Positions 25,008 to 37,357 of a DNA stretch of 64,000 nt are shown piece after piece. The stretch is from Paraspadella gotoi. Taxonomy: Eukaryota; Animalia; Chaetognatha. The stretch's first letter is position 1. Every line of letters starts with the position of its first letter. The position numbers and the translations under genes are program-made. The stretch is taken from positions 8,299,788-8,363,787 of the forward strand of contig CM119271.1 of the NCBI GenBank assembly GCA_051294375.1, in the 5' to 3' direction. The notes beneath the pieces are model-generated. The model saw only the letters and a program-made list of their open reading frames with translations. It was not told the origin of the DNA and did no database searches.

Positions 25008-25635
25008 GGCGTAGTGAAAGTTACACTACGAAAATTTCTAAAGGTCAATTATGAACAACATACCATCAGTGAACATTAATTTGTAAAAAAAATTAATTAT
25101 ATTGTTTTTTTAATTTTCGCAGTAGTCTATATTTATATATAGTACTATCCTTATAAAAATCAAGAAAAATTCAAAAATAGGCTTTTCTTAATTTTGATTG
25201 CAGATTAGAATTCCTCGTCAAAAGTTGATAAAAGAAAATATAAATCTATTTTTAAAAATTCTTTCATTAAGTGGGTTAAAAATTACAAAAACTATATTTA
25301 TATAATAAAAAGTTGATTTTCAGCTTAAAAATTAAACTTTTTCTAATTTTTGACCCACTTAATGAAGGAAATTTTTTAAAAAAGAGTTATATTTCTTTTT
25401 ATATCAAACTTTTGTAGACGAATCCAAATCTGCAAAAAAAATTTTTAGAAAAAACTGTTTTGAAAATTTTAACATTTATTGGATTAGTACTATATAAATA
25501 TGGCCTAACTGCGTAAATTGTAAAATTTATTATAATTTTTTTTTATACATAAATGTTCCATTAGTATAATGTTTGTTCGTTCCTCACTTTTAAGAATTTT
25601 AATTAAAGTTAAATTTAGAAATTTTACTACGCCTT
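25008..25635 (-). mobile_element. Mirror copy of MITE 16979-17587 (a partial mirror of MITE 15787 follows at ~26246-26654)
   Basis: AGGCGTAGTGAAAG...TTTTACTACGCCT. Confidence 0.75.
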
Positions 25636-26679
25636 AGTTACCCACAAAGTAACCCCCTTACGGCCGCCGCCATCGCTGGCGACGATGACGCTGAGCAAGA
25701 CGAATGATGATGAACGACGGCTGTGAGGATTATGCAGCCGGCGGCTGCCGTTGAACTTGCTGCGGGCGATGCGGCGGCTATATGAGCGTGGAGGAATGTC
25801 GAACGGTGTGGCGGAGGGCGAATCATCCGTTCGTGTTCCATTTTGAGGGAAGAAGGTTTGGCGGGAAGTTGAAGATTAAGAGGGGTGAAGGAAGATGGTC
25901 GAAAAGCTTGTAGGGCGGTGATGGGATCCTGGAGTTGGTCGGTTCGAAAGAACGTTCGTCTCAGAGGTGCGGACGAAGTTGCAAAGCGGGTTTGGCCGAT
26001 TTGAAGAACGCCTCCTGATATTTTTCTTCTCGGTCGTCCGACATTTTTTTTTTCTCTTTCAAAAAAGATGGGCTGATGAAGTTTGCGGCTGCTAACGGCC
26101 GGTCGCGCGCGCGAACTTTGTAGGGAGATCGGAACCTTCGTCCGCAGACTGGAGCTGCGAAGACTTTGGGTGTGATATTCAGGCTTGGTTCGGGAGATCA
26201 GTGAGTTTCTGAGGACCGATGGGAACCGAGCTGATTGACCATATAGAGCGTAGTGTAAAGTTAATACGGAAAATTTTAAAATATCAATTATGAACAACCT
26301 ACCATCAGTGAACTTTAATTTGTAAAAAAAAAAAAAAAATTAATGTTCTTTCTTTCAATTTTTCGGCAGTAGGCTATATTTATATATAGTACTCTCCTTA
26401 TAAAATCGAAAAATTTTAAAATAGGAATTTTTAAATTTTTGATTGAAGATTTGAATTCCTCGTCAAAAGTGGATAAAAAAAAAATATAATCATTTTTAAG
26501 AAATTTTTTTTCATTTAAGTGGGGTTAAAAAATTAAAAAAACTATAAAACTTTAATTTTCAGCTTAAAATATATATTTTTCTGATATTTTGACCAACTTA
26601 ATGAAAATATTTTTAAAAAAAGAGTTATATTTTCTTTAATATCAATTTTCTGACNNNNNNNNNNNNNNNNNNNNNNNNN

Positions 26680-26830
26680 GGGGAGGAGCCGAGGATCGAC
26701 CATCTTGGTTCAAGTTTCCCCAAAATATCGGATCGGAGGTCGCGACGCATCACGAATAATTTTGAAGAGGAGGGGTTTGCCGAGGCTACGTGAGTTATTT
26801 TCTTTAAAATAACGTTTGATTTGGGAATTT
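26680..26830 (+). repeat. Short dispersed repeat also at ~36797-36925 and ~37915-38045
   Basis: Shared CATCTTGGTTCAAGTTT...CGAATAATTT(T)GAAGAG..GGGGTTTGCCGAGGCTA. Confidence 0.7.
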
Positions 26831-28234
26831 TTTCTTAGAACTTCAAGTTGCCTCGCTGAAAAAAATGGTACGACCGTTGTACGTCTCTCTCTTTCTCAAG
26901 ATTCGTCCTTTCTGATCCCAAGGTGAAAAGCAACGACAAATGCTTTTGTCAGTCTCGCCAATCTTTTGTTTTCTTCCTTGTATCGGAAGTTTGTCATTCG
27001 TACAGATTGTTTTTCGTTACCCAAGCTGCATACATTCAGTAAATGTAACAATAGATAGATAAATAGATAAGGCTAGAGAGAGAGAGACGTCGATGTTGGA
27101 AATAAAATTGAACATTTCCTTTTATACCCAATTCTCTTCTCAAACCCTGACGCTTATCATCTCACGTGACCTCGCCTCATCCTGTCCCCCTAACCCTAAT
27201 CGTCTTCTCTTTTAACCCCCCCCCCGGGCCCCCCCTCCAAAACTGAACTGAAAGAGGATTTATGAAGCGCGGAAAACATGTCAAACGACATTAATAAATA
27301 TCACAAAATTTGACCCCGAGGAAGGAATATGAAAAAAAAAATCCATCTTTTTAAAATAAAACAACTGACAATATTTATTTCCAGTATGAAGCGAGTTGAC
27401 AAAGAAAGCGGTTTTAATAAAATTTTATATTATTTATTTACTTTTTATACTCGAATTAAAAATAAAAAAAGGCTGCGGTTGTTTGACTCNNNNNNNNNNN
27501 NNNNNNNNNNNNNNTGACTCCGGTTTTTTTTCTTCATCTTTTTTCTTCTTAGGCCGAGAAAAAACAAACTTTACCGCAGGAGTATTTCAATTACTTTCGA
27601 TTTTAGTTTAATCAATTTTCGCTTCGATATCGAAATTTCGTTTTCTTTGATTCTTTTTTTTTTAATTTAATTTTAAAAAAGAAAAAGCGTCTGCTATGCA
27701 CGGCGGAGACATGTGTGATGCCCGGCGGTGTGAGGCATCTCCCGACAGCTGGCGCTTAGGCTTATGGACTTGCAGTTACCACCCCATGTCACTGGCGTGT
27801 TTATGCTGACACTGATCACACTTTAACCGGCGTGACCAGTGAGGGATTAAACTTCACCAATGAGACGAGCTGATTTTAACCACCAGTTCAAGATATTTTT
27901 TTTTTTAAACTTATTTTCTCAGAACGCCCCTATTTCTCCTAAAGTTTGGAATTAATTGGTTAGTTTTTAGCTGTTACAAAACAAGTTTAAAGTTAGTGAT
28001 TAAGTTATTTGATGAAGGTTAGGAATAGGGAAATTAGAATCGGTGGGCTTTTGGATAAAGAGAGCCTTTTTTTTCTACTTACAAAATGATAAAAAAAGTA
28101 AATCTCGAATAATAACGATATTTTGCGAACTTTTTTTTTTGCTCCTTCCTTCTCCCTTTCCTTCCCCAGAGAATTGAAAAAAAAAGACTCAATTTCCGCC
28201 GGGCCTTCTCTCTATCTCTCTCTTCTCTTCTTTC

Positions 28235-28280
<46 letters not shown>

Positions 28281-29198
28281 TTCTCTCTCTTCTCCTGTCT
28301 CTCTCTCTCTCTCTCTCAACGACGTTGACGATAGATAAGGGGTTTGGATGTTGATCATGTTGACCAAGTTGACCATCAGCTCGCCATCTCCTCATTATCG
28401 CAATCCTGATTACTCGCGGCGCAAATAATAAACTTTCGTCGCCGCCGTCATTCGATAAACGACATTTTTCTCGCGTTATCGCAAAAGGCGCGAATCGCTG
28501 TCGTTTATAGCGTCGTCGTCGTCGTCGTCGTCGTTGTTATCGTCGTCGTAATCTCGTCGTTTCCTCCTTCGGCGTCGGCGTTCAATGTCACGGCCGAGGC
28601 TGTCGCGCTCTTGGCGACCGGGCGACGACGATGACGACGACGNNNNNNNNNNNNNNNNNNNNNNNNNNNNNNNNNNNNNNNNNNNNNNNNNNNNNNNNNN
28701 NNNNNNNNNNNNNNNNNNNNNNNNNNNNNNNNNNNNNNNNNNNNNNNNNNNNNNNNNNNNNNNNNNNNNNNNNNNNNNNNNNNNNNNNNNNNNNNNNNNN
28801 NNNNNNNNNNNNNNNNNNNNNNNNNNNNNNNNNNNNNNNNNNNNNNNNNNNNNNNNNNNNNNNNNNNNNNNNTTGTTTTTCTTTTCACTTCCTTTTTAAT
28901 TTAATTTCTTTTTTTTTAAAGTTGTTGTTGTTGTTGTGAATAAAACTCTGTTGTTGTGAATAAAACTCCATAATTCACTTTTCGGTCTGTCGGTTTTCTG
29001 TCCTACTTACGATTCAAATAATAATAATTCAGGTAAAACTGCATTAATTAAGTTCTTGTTTTTGGTTCTTAAAAGAACAGTAATTTGATGCAAATTCGAT
29101 AAATGAGAAAAAAAAATTGTGAGGCGAGAATGAAAACGGTCTTGGACCTGACTCCTCTTCCTCTTCCTCCTCCTCCTCCTCCTCCTCCCACTAAAAAG

Positions 29199-29317
29199 GC
29201 GACACCCTCGAGTCAATTCTGGAATTGATAGATCACGTGGTTCAATTCCACGGGCGACCACACTTCCAAAGTACTCAACAGATGTTCTGGCTCGACGTCG
29301 GCTCCAGCGCCGCCGCG
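29199..29317 (+). CDS. ZnT1-like gene exon 3 (end of TM3 to start of TM4)
   Basis: Acceptor aaaag| in phase 1 and donor |gtaaga in phase 0. GDTLESILELIDHVVQFHGRPHFQSTQQMFWLDVGSSAAA aligns positionally with ZnT1 GLCFAILLEAIERFIEPHEMQQPLVVLGVG. Confidence 0.65.
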
Positions 29318-30041
29318 GTAAGAAACAAAAACGACAACGAAAAATAACACACAAAAAAATTAATAAATAAAAAAAAAAAAAGTGACTAAATCAAAATGGT
29401 TTGTTTGCACACTCCTTAAAGTCTACATAACGACACGCTTAACAACTATGAAGAATGTCAATAAAAAAACAAAACAACGACATTGAGAAATTAATGAGGA
29501 AAAAGAAATGAAAACAAAAACACAATAACTCCATGTAAATTTCATTGCTAACTGAAGATAATAAAATGAATTGAACTACAACGAATATCCGAAATACGGA
29601 CAATACTCAATTATGAAAAAAAAAATAATAGATACTAAAAACAATGACTCGTCGAAAGAAACAGTGACGACAGATATAAAGTAGTTTCAATAGCACGTCG
29701 ATCAACGACAAACAACAAAAACAATAGACAAACGACTAATGCAAGGCCGAGCGCGCCCCCTCGCCCCAGGAAGTCCGGAAGCTCAAAGTCAAACAAAAGG
29801 GGAGAGAGCAATTGAACGCGGGTTTTTCCCAGATCGTGCGTGGGTGGGGGGAAACAAACCTCGACTGGTCCTGACAGCGATAACTGTGAAATAAAACGTC
29901 ATAAAAATTAATGAAAAAGGGGAGAATAATTTTTCCCTTCTTCTGAACAAAATTAAAAAAAACAAAAAACATGGAGAAAACAAATTTTATTTATGAATTT
30001 ATCGGGTAAAACGAGACTAAGATAAATATTTTCTATAAAGT

Positions 30042-30075
<34 letters not shown>

Positions 30076-30205
30076 TCTATATGTTCAAATTTTCCTACAG
30101 GTTCCTCATTGTTTGATCTCAGCTCTGGAGTTCTATCACCCCTTTTATACTGTCTGTCTTACTCCAGGTTCTGATCCTCCATAATATCTCAATTCCTGGG
30201 TTCAG

Positions 30206-30316
30206 GTCTTCCTCCGAGTTCTCCTCATCATAGTCTGCCTCTCCGCGCCCTTGAGAGAGTTGAGGACGAGGAAGAAGAAGAGAGAGGATGAGGAGGAGGA
30301 GGACGAAATAGAAGAG
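30206..30316 (+). CDS. ZnT1-like gene exon 4 (TM4 and charged cytosolic loop)
   Basis: ttcag| ... |gtgaag; 111 nt, phase 0/0; VFLRVLLIIVCLSAPLRELRTRKKKREDEEEEDEIEE. Confidence 0.6.
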
Positions 30317-30318
30317 GT

Positions 30319-30390
<72 letters not shown>

Positions 30391-30452
30391 GATGTTTCTC
30401 GTACGCGGAATGCGATCGGTCCGCCCCCCTCCTACCCCAACGCGCCCTTCAG

Positions 30453-30645
30453 GAAGTGATCAGTTGGCGTTGGATCAATCCCGACCTCCTTCTCAAAGGC
30501 TTCGTACTCGTTCTCGTCCACGGCGCCATCTTCAATCTCTTCGACATCAGCCTCTCCTTCATCTACCGCGAGACGGCCTTGTCTGTCGGCGACGGCGGCG
30601 GTGGAAGAAGAAACGAAAGCGGCCACAAAATTGAGAGAAGGGCAG
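30453..30645 (+). CDS. ZnT1-like gene exon 5 (TM5)
   Basis: cccttcag| ... G|gtattt; EVISWRWINPDLLLKGFVLVLVHGAIFNLFDISLSFIYRETALSVG...; phase 0/1. Confidence 0.75.
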
Positions 30646-31016
30646 GTATTTGGTCTCTCTCGTTCCCTCCAATTAGATGTCATTTTTTAAAAAAATTGGT
30701 ATAACCAATATAAATATTATCCATCCGGGAAAAGGAATGGTGAATTCAGGTCTCCATCCCCTTTATAAAAAATGATAGCAAGCCTTCAATCTAGAATTGT
30801 AAGGTTTTATGATTTTATACGTAAGTATTGGATCGGGGAATGATATGGAACATTGTAGTACGTCCTAGCATCAGTTTTATTATCTGTTAAGACTAAGGGA
30901 GGTCAAGGGACGCTATAGACTCTCCGCTCTGACAGAGATGTAAAATTTACTAATTTTAGATAGTGTTAGTGAGACCATATCGAGTATATAAAATTACTTT
31001 CGCGGGCCTCCTACAG

Positions 31017-31204
31017 CCGACGCCGCGGCGTTGCAGGACCCGCCCGATTGGGTGGTAATACTCGACGAAGCCAAAGACTCCATCGGTTACATCCTGGTGC
31101 TGCCCTGCGTCGCGCTGCTGATGAAGAGGAGCTGCCTCATTGTGCTGCAGACGGTGCCGCCGCAGTACGACGTTTCGGAATTGAAGGATAAGTTGCTGAA
31201 GAAG
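31017..31204 (+). CDS. ZnT1-like gene exon 6 (TM6 and start of the C-terminal domain)
   Basis: cctacag| ... |gtgagg. WVVILD...LLMKRSCLIVLQTVPPQYDVSELKDKLLKK matches ZnT1 WVLYLDP...LLKESALILLQTVPKQID. Confidence 0.88.
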
Positions 31205-31235
31205 GTGAGGGTGAGGCGAATGGGAGAGATTAAAG

Positions 31236-31297
<62 letters not shown>
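31236..31297. repeat. (AAAG)n microsatellite
   Basis: Direct observation. Confidence 0.95.
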
Positions 31298-31298
<1 letters not shown>

Positions 31299-31553
31299 CA
31301 CCATTAACAAAACCAAACTTGATGTAAATCGATTTATTGGGGAGAGAGAGAAAAAGAGGTGAAAGGAGAAAAGAGATAAGAAAGAAAGAAGAGAAATGAA
31401 AACAGAGAGGGAGAGAGAGAAAGAGGAGAGAGAGAGAGAGATTATCCTGACCTTTAGTGAGAAAAACCATCTTTGCTCTCCGTTGATAAGAAGCCTGGGA
31501 ATGCAGCTGACCTCTCAGTGATTTTCAGCAAATAAAATGGAAATCCAGGGACT

Positions 31554-31629
<76 letters not shown>

Positions 31630-32389
31630 AGATTGTTGCCCTTCATCCAACCGTGGGTGGCTAACCCAAAAAATTTTCCCATAGCCTCAATCATATTCGA
31701 GTCAAGGTCATAGCGTAATCTCTTCCGTAGAGAAATTAATATTTTATGAATTAGATAAACAAACAGAATCTGATTAGAAATAAAAACTGAGAAAGAAAAA
31801 CGAATAAGAGCGTTAATTTTATTAGGAAATCGAATTACTAATTTTTTTCTTCTTCTATTTTTTTCTCTCTTTTTCCCCTGACGCCAGCATCCATTGTTCA
31901 TGAGTCTCCCATCAGTAGCCTGCTTAAGTTTCATTTAAATTCGTTTATGTTATCTCTTTTTTTTTTCTTTCACTGTCAAGATCTATTCTCTTCAGGTTCT
32001 CTGTCTTACTATTCAGTGTATACTGTTGTGTATGCACTCTGCAGTTGGTATAAACAATTAAACAATAAACATGCTATAAATATGCGCTCTAGTTTTAAAC
32101 TATCGCTATGAACGATAGCAATTCGCTATAACAAAACATTCGTAGCGATTTCCGCTTTATCCCACGTCAGGCGTCAGGCCTCATTGCCTCCCGCATCCTA
32201 CCGCGCCTGTTACCTAGACCGACGGCGCCTTTTATCAGGCCTGACTATCACTCCTTCCTTTTTCTCCGGTGCCAGGCCTTTCTTTCCTTTCCCCATCTTC
32301 ATCTCGATCCAGGCGCCAGGCCATACGCTATTCCCTTTTTTCCTCCCACGCCAGGCGCCAGGCCTCAAATCTCACCCCTTCCTCCCAAG

Positions 32390-32581
32390 GTACCGGGCCT
32401 GACGTCTGTTCACGAGTTCCACCTGTGGCAACTGGACGCGAACCGAATCGTGGTCACGTCTCACGTGAAGTGTCCCCTCAAACCGACTCTAGAAGAATAC
32501 GAGTCGCTTCGACGCGAGATCCGTGATTTCTTTCACGAGGAAGGGATTCACTCGCTCACCATCCAGCCGGAATTCACCGCG
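32390..32581 (+). CDS. ZnT1-like gene exon 7 (cytosolic dimerisation domain)
   Basis: cccaag| ... |gtgaga; 64 codons: VPGLTSVHEFHLWQLDANRIVVTSHVKC...IRDFFHEEGIHSLTIQPEFTA, the SLC30A1/A10 signature VHELHVWQL...HGIHxxTIQPEF. Confidence 0.92.
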
Positions 32582-33154
32582 GTGAGAAGGGAGGGGGAGT
32601 TTAGATTAATGGAGTTGTTGGTGGTGGACCGGTGGTGTTTTGGTCGGGAGTGGTAGGTAGAAAAGGGGGTAGGCGTGGTGGCCGATGTTGTCGTGTGTCG
32701 CCATCGCTCCTGATTTTACTTTACATTTGGTTATTTGTTTTGTTTCTTTATTTTTTGTTTGTTTGTTTGTACCGTGATGACTTGTTTGAGATGTATTTGA
32801 CAAGTAGTTTCATTTGGTTTTATTTGTTTGTTTGTTTGGTTGGCAAAGCCATTGTTGGATCATTTTCTTAACTTTGGGCCATTTTTTACTTTTGTTTTGT
32901 TTTTTTTTATTTTTTTTATATTTTGTATAGTTGATGTTCTGTGGTTGATAGCATTATTTTCCGGTCGGATGGTTAGAAAGGATTGGTCGCCATGTTTTTT
33001 ATGTAATTAAATTGAACTCCTCCGCCCAAAATCTCTGGGATTGGAGAAATCAGAGAAGCGAAGAATAGAAACATTTCTTTTTGCGGGTGTGGGGTGGCGA
33101 GGCCTTGAAGAGACAGTAATTATTATTATGTGTTAATGACAGAACCGTTCAATG

Positions 33155-33318
33155 TAAGCAGTCCCCAGAGCTTCGGATCAGGCTGTAACACCATGTTACA
33201 GGCGGGTTAAGCGCCCGTCCTCTTAACTGCTAGGCGGCCACCGGGCTAGAACCCCGGACCTTTTGGGTTGGGGGAGGCGAATGCACTTGTCTCCGGCACC
33301 AATGGCCGCTGATGAACG
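33155..33318 (-). mobile_element. tRNA-derived SINE-like repeat (independent copy, with a ~25-nt internal insertion)
   Basis: TAAGCAGTCCC...CTCTTAACTGC...CCACCGGG.TAGAACCCCG...CTCCGGCACCAATGGCCGCTGATGAACG shared with 17871-18004. Confidence 0.65.
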
Positions 33319-33361
33319 TCGATGTAGGTAGAGTATGTTACAGACTTTTCTTTTTCTTTTT

Positions 33362-33600
33362 TATTTTTAGTCACTTTTCGGTCGGTCTGACCCACTTATG
33401 TTAAAAATGCTCATGACTCGCCTATAGTTGGTTGTTCAGGAAATAACCTCAACGTGACTGCGAGCGCCACCTTCAGGAAATCCTAATATTATGAAGAATA
33501 AAACACGGAATTCCGATGTAGTACGTGTCATAAATACACGGGCTTAAAAAGTCACTGCGGCGAAACACTTTGGATGGATCGATCTTATTTTTTTTTTTCC
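33362..33600 (+). mobile_element. Helentron/HINE-like element copy
   Basis: AGTCACTTTTCGGTCGGTC...GCGCC.CCTTCAGGAAAT...AAAGTCACTGCGGCG...GATCTT.TT shared with 46575 and 55154. Confidence 0.55.
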
Positions 33601-34582
33601 TACCATTTTTTGGGGCTTGTCTCAGAAGTAGAAAGGGGCGCTGCTATCGGAGATGAAATTAAAAAAAAATAGACCTGATTGAAGATAAGACGAGAAAAAA
33701 ATGGAAAAAAAAGAAAGGCGAAGATAGAAACAGAATTGAAAAAGAGAGAACCGAAGAAAAGAAAAGAAAAGAAAAGAAAAGAGGGCAGTGAGGCAGTGTG
33801 AGGCAGTGAGGTTAATTTAACGAACGATACTGAGATGTGCGTCGAGTACGTGTCGATGTAGAAATTCGAATAAAAAAAATAAGAGATAAAACGGCGAGAA
33901 AAGAAGAAGCTAAAAGCTAATGCCTTTCTTTGTCTCAGCGTCCTCCGCTTTTTTATTTCAGCCAGTCGCGTCGACCCACGCGATTCGAAAGGGAGGTTAT
34001 TTTTGCGGTCGGTNNNNNNNNNNNNNNNNNNNNNNNNCGATTGTCTTTAATTATTATCTAGCCGACTTGAATCATTTTTTTAAGCTTTTGTAAAAGCTTG
34101 AGATTTTAAATTTCATTGGAGCCCTTTTAAAATTTTACAATTTTGAAGTTTTAAAGTAAGTTTCATATTAAAATTTTACAAAACGGATAATACTTTAAAA
34201 CGGCAGAGTTCTTTCAAGTACGTACGTGCGATGCACTTTTCTGGCTACGCTTACAATTCAGATACTTTTTTATCTTTTTAATTTTCAATTCTTACGATAT
34301 CTTTGTCGGATCTATCCGAATTTGAATGAACTCTCGTGGACTCTCGTCTAGACACTCTAGCTCGTAGACCCCGAGCTCTTTGTCCGTATTTCCCTCTTTC
34401 CTTTGTCCGCCTCCAACCATCGATCCGTTCCGCGAAAACCTCTTCGTCCGAAACGCGAAAGGGGGGCGTTCCTCTCGCCTCGATCGACTTCCGGTAAATC
34501 GGGAAATGAAAAATGGCGTCGGCGAACACGCCCTCTCTCCCGCCTTTTCGTTCCATTACCACCCGCTACAAACTTGCCCGAG

Positions 34583-34627
<45 letters not shown>

Positions 34628-36359
34628 CTTTCTTTCTCTCCGCGTTTAGAGGAAACTCTTGAGACAGTAAAGGACAATAGAGTGAAGCTCTCGGAACAAA
34701 AATTTTATTTGAGATAAGTCGAGTGATACTTGTGAGTCCTTCTTCTTCATCTCAGATTCCTCACTCCCACGCTCCGCGCTAGCAACGCCCGCCAGCGGCT
34801 TCTGTTGCCAATTGCCGCGGCCAATTAACTTACTTTTTGAGCTTCGGTTCCACTTGTTTCGGTTCAGTAACGAGGCCGACGACCGCTCCGGGTTCACTGA
34901 CCTCGCTGGAGGGTGTAGCGTGAATTCGGATGTAGAATTTAGCTTACATTGTGGAAACCAATTTGATTTCAGTTAGCGACAGCATTATTCGTATCCTATA
35001 TTTTGCAATAAAGTCCAATGAGGCATCTGAACGGTGCTTCATTTCCATTTGTTACGTATTCTGTTTCCAGAAAACAACAAACAACGTCCTAATCCAAAAA
35101 TAGATAAATAATATTAGATATAAATAATTCAACATAAAAAGATCATAAATAAAATCAAAAATATTAAATATTTTTAAAGCTAGTAATCTTGCAATTTTTG
35201 ATAATACAATAGGAAATTAGGTAACGTCGCGGCCACGGCGGCGGTGTTAATCGAATGACACCTATACCGTGTCATTTGCCTTCGGACCCTCAATACTCGA
35301 TCGCCCTCCTCCTGCATCCTTTCGCGGTTAAAATCGGCTCCGTCCTGCTTTGAAAAAACGAGCGGGGAGCTCTGTGATTCAACCCGGGACACAATTTTGG
35401 CACTTAGCCCAAGGGATGGGAACGAAGGAACGAAATGGTGACTTGGAAAGACCAGCTGAGGTTAGTTTGAAACCTGACCCGAAAATCAAAGTTGTCGTCG
35501 TCGTCATTTTCTATTCATAGATAACTTAACTTGCCTCCTAACTTTGGTGGGGGTAAGGCCTCCTTCTCTCCCTCTTACATGATGAGGTCCCTTCAAGCAT
35601 TCTACTCCCAGAGCACCTGGCTTCCTTATCAGGCAATGCTTTATCATACTCCACGTTAGCATCAATCTTATCTTATTTTTGACGTTTAACATTAACCGTC
35701 CAACCGCGATACCGCCTCTCAGACGTCAATACGAATTACTCTTTTCTTCGCACGAATCGTACACGCACGTACACGCACGTGCGATGAATCGTCCGTCCGC
35801 GCGTGAATCCCACTTCCCGCGCTGTGTCACGAATCAAAAAAGTCGGACTTATTATTCGGTTGAACGGTTTTAGTGAGACAAATCGTTTTTGGCGCGCGGT
35901 GGGAGAAAGGAATTGGAGCTGAATGAGATTGACGCTTATATTTATATGCAATAGGGTTTTGAGTATAGAGGGTCAACTACTAAATGACAAAAATCGTACA
36001 ATGTGGCATTAATTTTTATAGACTTTGGTTTACATTTGTAAAAAAAAAATGCTAAAAATAATTCCAAAAAAGGTAAGCATTTGGGACCGGAGTTGGAACA
36101 AAAGGAGCAAACTAACTTTTTAGCGAACGTTGAAATTTTTGAAAAATTATAATGGCGATTATATTTTCTTTAATATATCATTTGCAAATTGTCATATAAT
36201 ATAATAAATAATTATATAATATAATATATAATCAGGATCTGCACCGTATTTGAGTTTTTTTTGGTTTTTTTTTTGTTCAATAGAATAATTTATTTAACGA
36301 CGTTGAAAAGATTTGAATTGTGGATAAGGTGGATAATTGTGGATAAGTGGGCGCAATAC

Positions 36360-36490
36360 TTATCCGTAACTTGAGGGTTTTCCACGCCCCCAAGTCGGCT
36401 TACAGACGTTCTCACGATTCCCGCAGGGTAGGTACCGGGTTGGTGGTCATGAGCTGATGGCTTTACCCAATGAGCCACCGTGTCACAACT
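36360..36490 (-). mobile_element. Possible second SINE-like element (tRNA-like head)
   Basis: Minus strand begins GACACGGTGGCTCATTGGGTAAAGC (A-box-like). No clear B box, and it is single-copy here. Confidence 0.3.
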
Positions 36491-36933
36491 CAAGGTGTCA
36501 TGCTTATAGTCGGGGTGAACTTAGGAAATTCCCGAATTCAGAAAAACTGAAATTTAAAAACAAATCGTACATTTCAGGCAGATTACAAAAACGTCGCGGG
36601 AGGCCTTCTCAAAATTTTCATAAGACTTTAATAAAATCTGTTCGGACAAAATTAATTTAAATATAGAAGAGAAGGCTCTGAGGTGAAAGGAGAAAAGAGA
36701 TAAGTAAAGAAAGAAGAGAAATGAAAACAGAGAGAGAGAGAGAGTGAGTGAGAGAGAGTGAGAGAGAGTGAGAGAGAGAGAGAGTGAGAGTGGTAGGCGG
36801 CTGAGGATTGACATCTTGGTTCAAGTTTCAAAAATTCGCGATCGGGAGTCGGGACGACGAATAATTTGAAGAGAAGGGGTTTGCCGAGGCTATCTGGGTT
36901 ATTTTAAATAAAGTTTGATTTGGAATGAGAGAG

Positions 36934-36972
<39 letters not shown>

Positions 36973-37357
36973 AATATATATATATTATATATTATATATA
37001 TAGAGAGAAAGATTTCAAAGAATAGTGGATCGGTATACCAAATTAAAGATATCGAAATGTTTTACTCCCACTCACAAAAAAACGTTTGCTTGTATTGTGT
37101 TTCTGCTCTTCATTCTCGCCGCTAGAGGCCTCTGGGCCCCCCCCCCTTTTGCTTTTCAACAAAATAACAAAGTTCCTTCTCTCTTCAAACCTGCTAACCT
37201 TTTTTCATTAGCCTCTAAAACAGACCCTTTAACCTCTTCGATCACTCGGGTCACTTTCCCTTCCATTCATCCTTACTAACACCCCTCGACAACCCCAGCA
37301 CCACTAATATACCCTAACCCCAACCCCCACTTCCACACCCCTCCCCCCCTTTCCGCG

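Larger units (their letters stand above)
15997..26654. repeat. Large inverted duplication: arm 15997-19966 versus noisy arm 22397-26654, spacer containing 28S rRNA; probable assembly/read chimera
   Basis: The MITEs, ZnT exons 1-2, SINE and (ACCG)n array all recur in reverse order and strand. The right arm is indel-rich and ends at an N gap. Confidence 0.9.

Noticed and set aside
25638-26297. 219-aa ORF as a separate gene
   Set aside because: Noisy mirror image of the ZnT 5' region and exon 1 inside the inverted duplication.
27188-27200. Telomere (CCCTAA) seed, also at 37311
   Set aside because: Only one or two units; not an array.
28505-28642. Minus-strand Thr-rich ORF end next to an N gap
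   Set aside because: Mostly (CGT)n repeat and truncated by the gap, so it cannot be supported.
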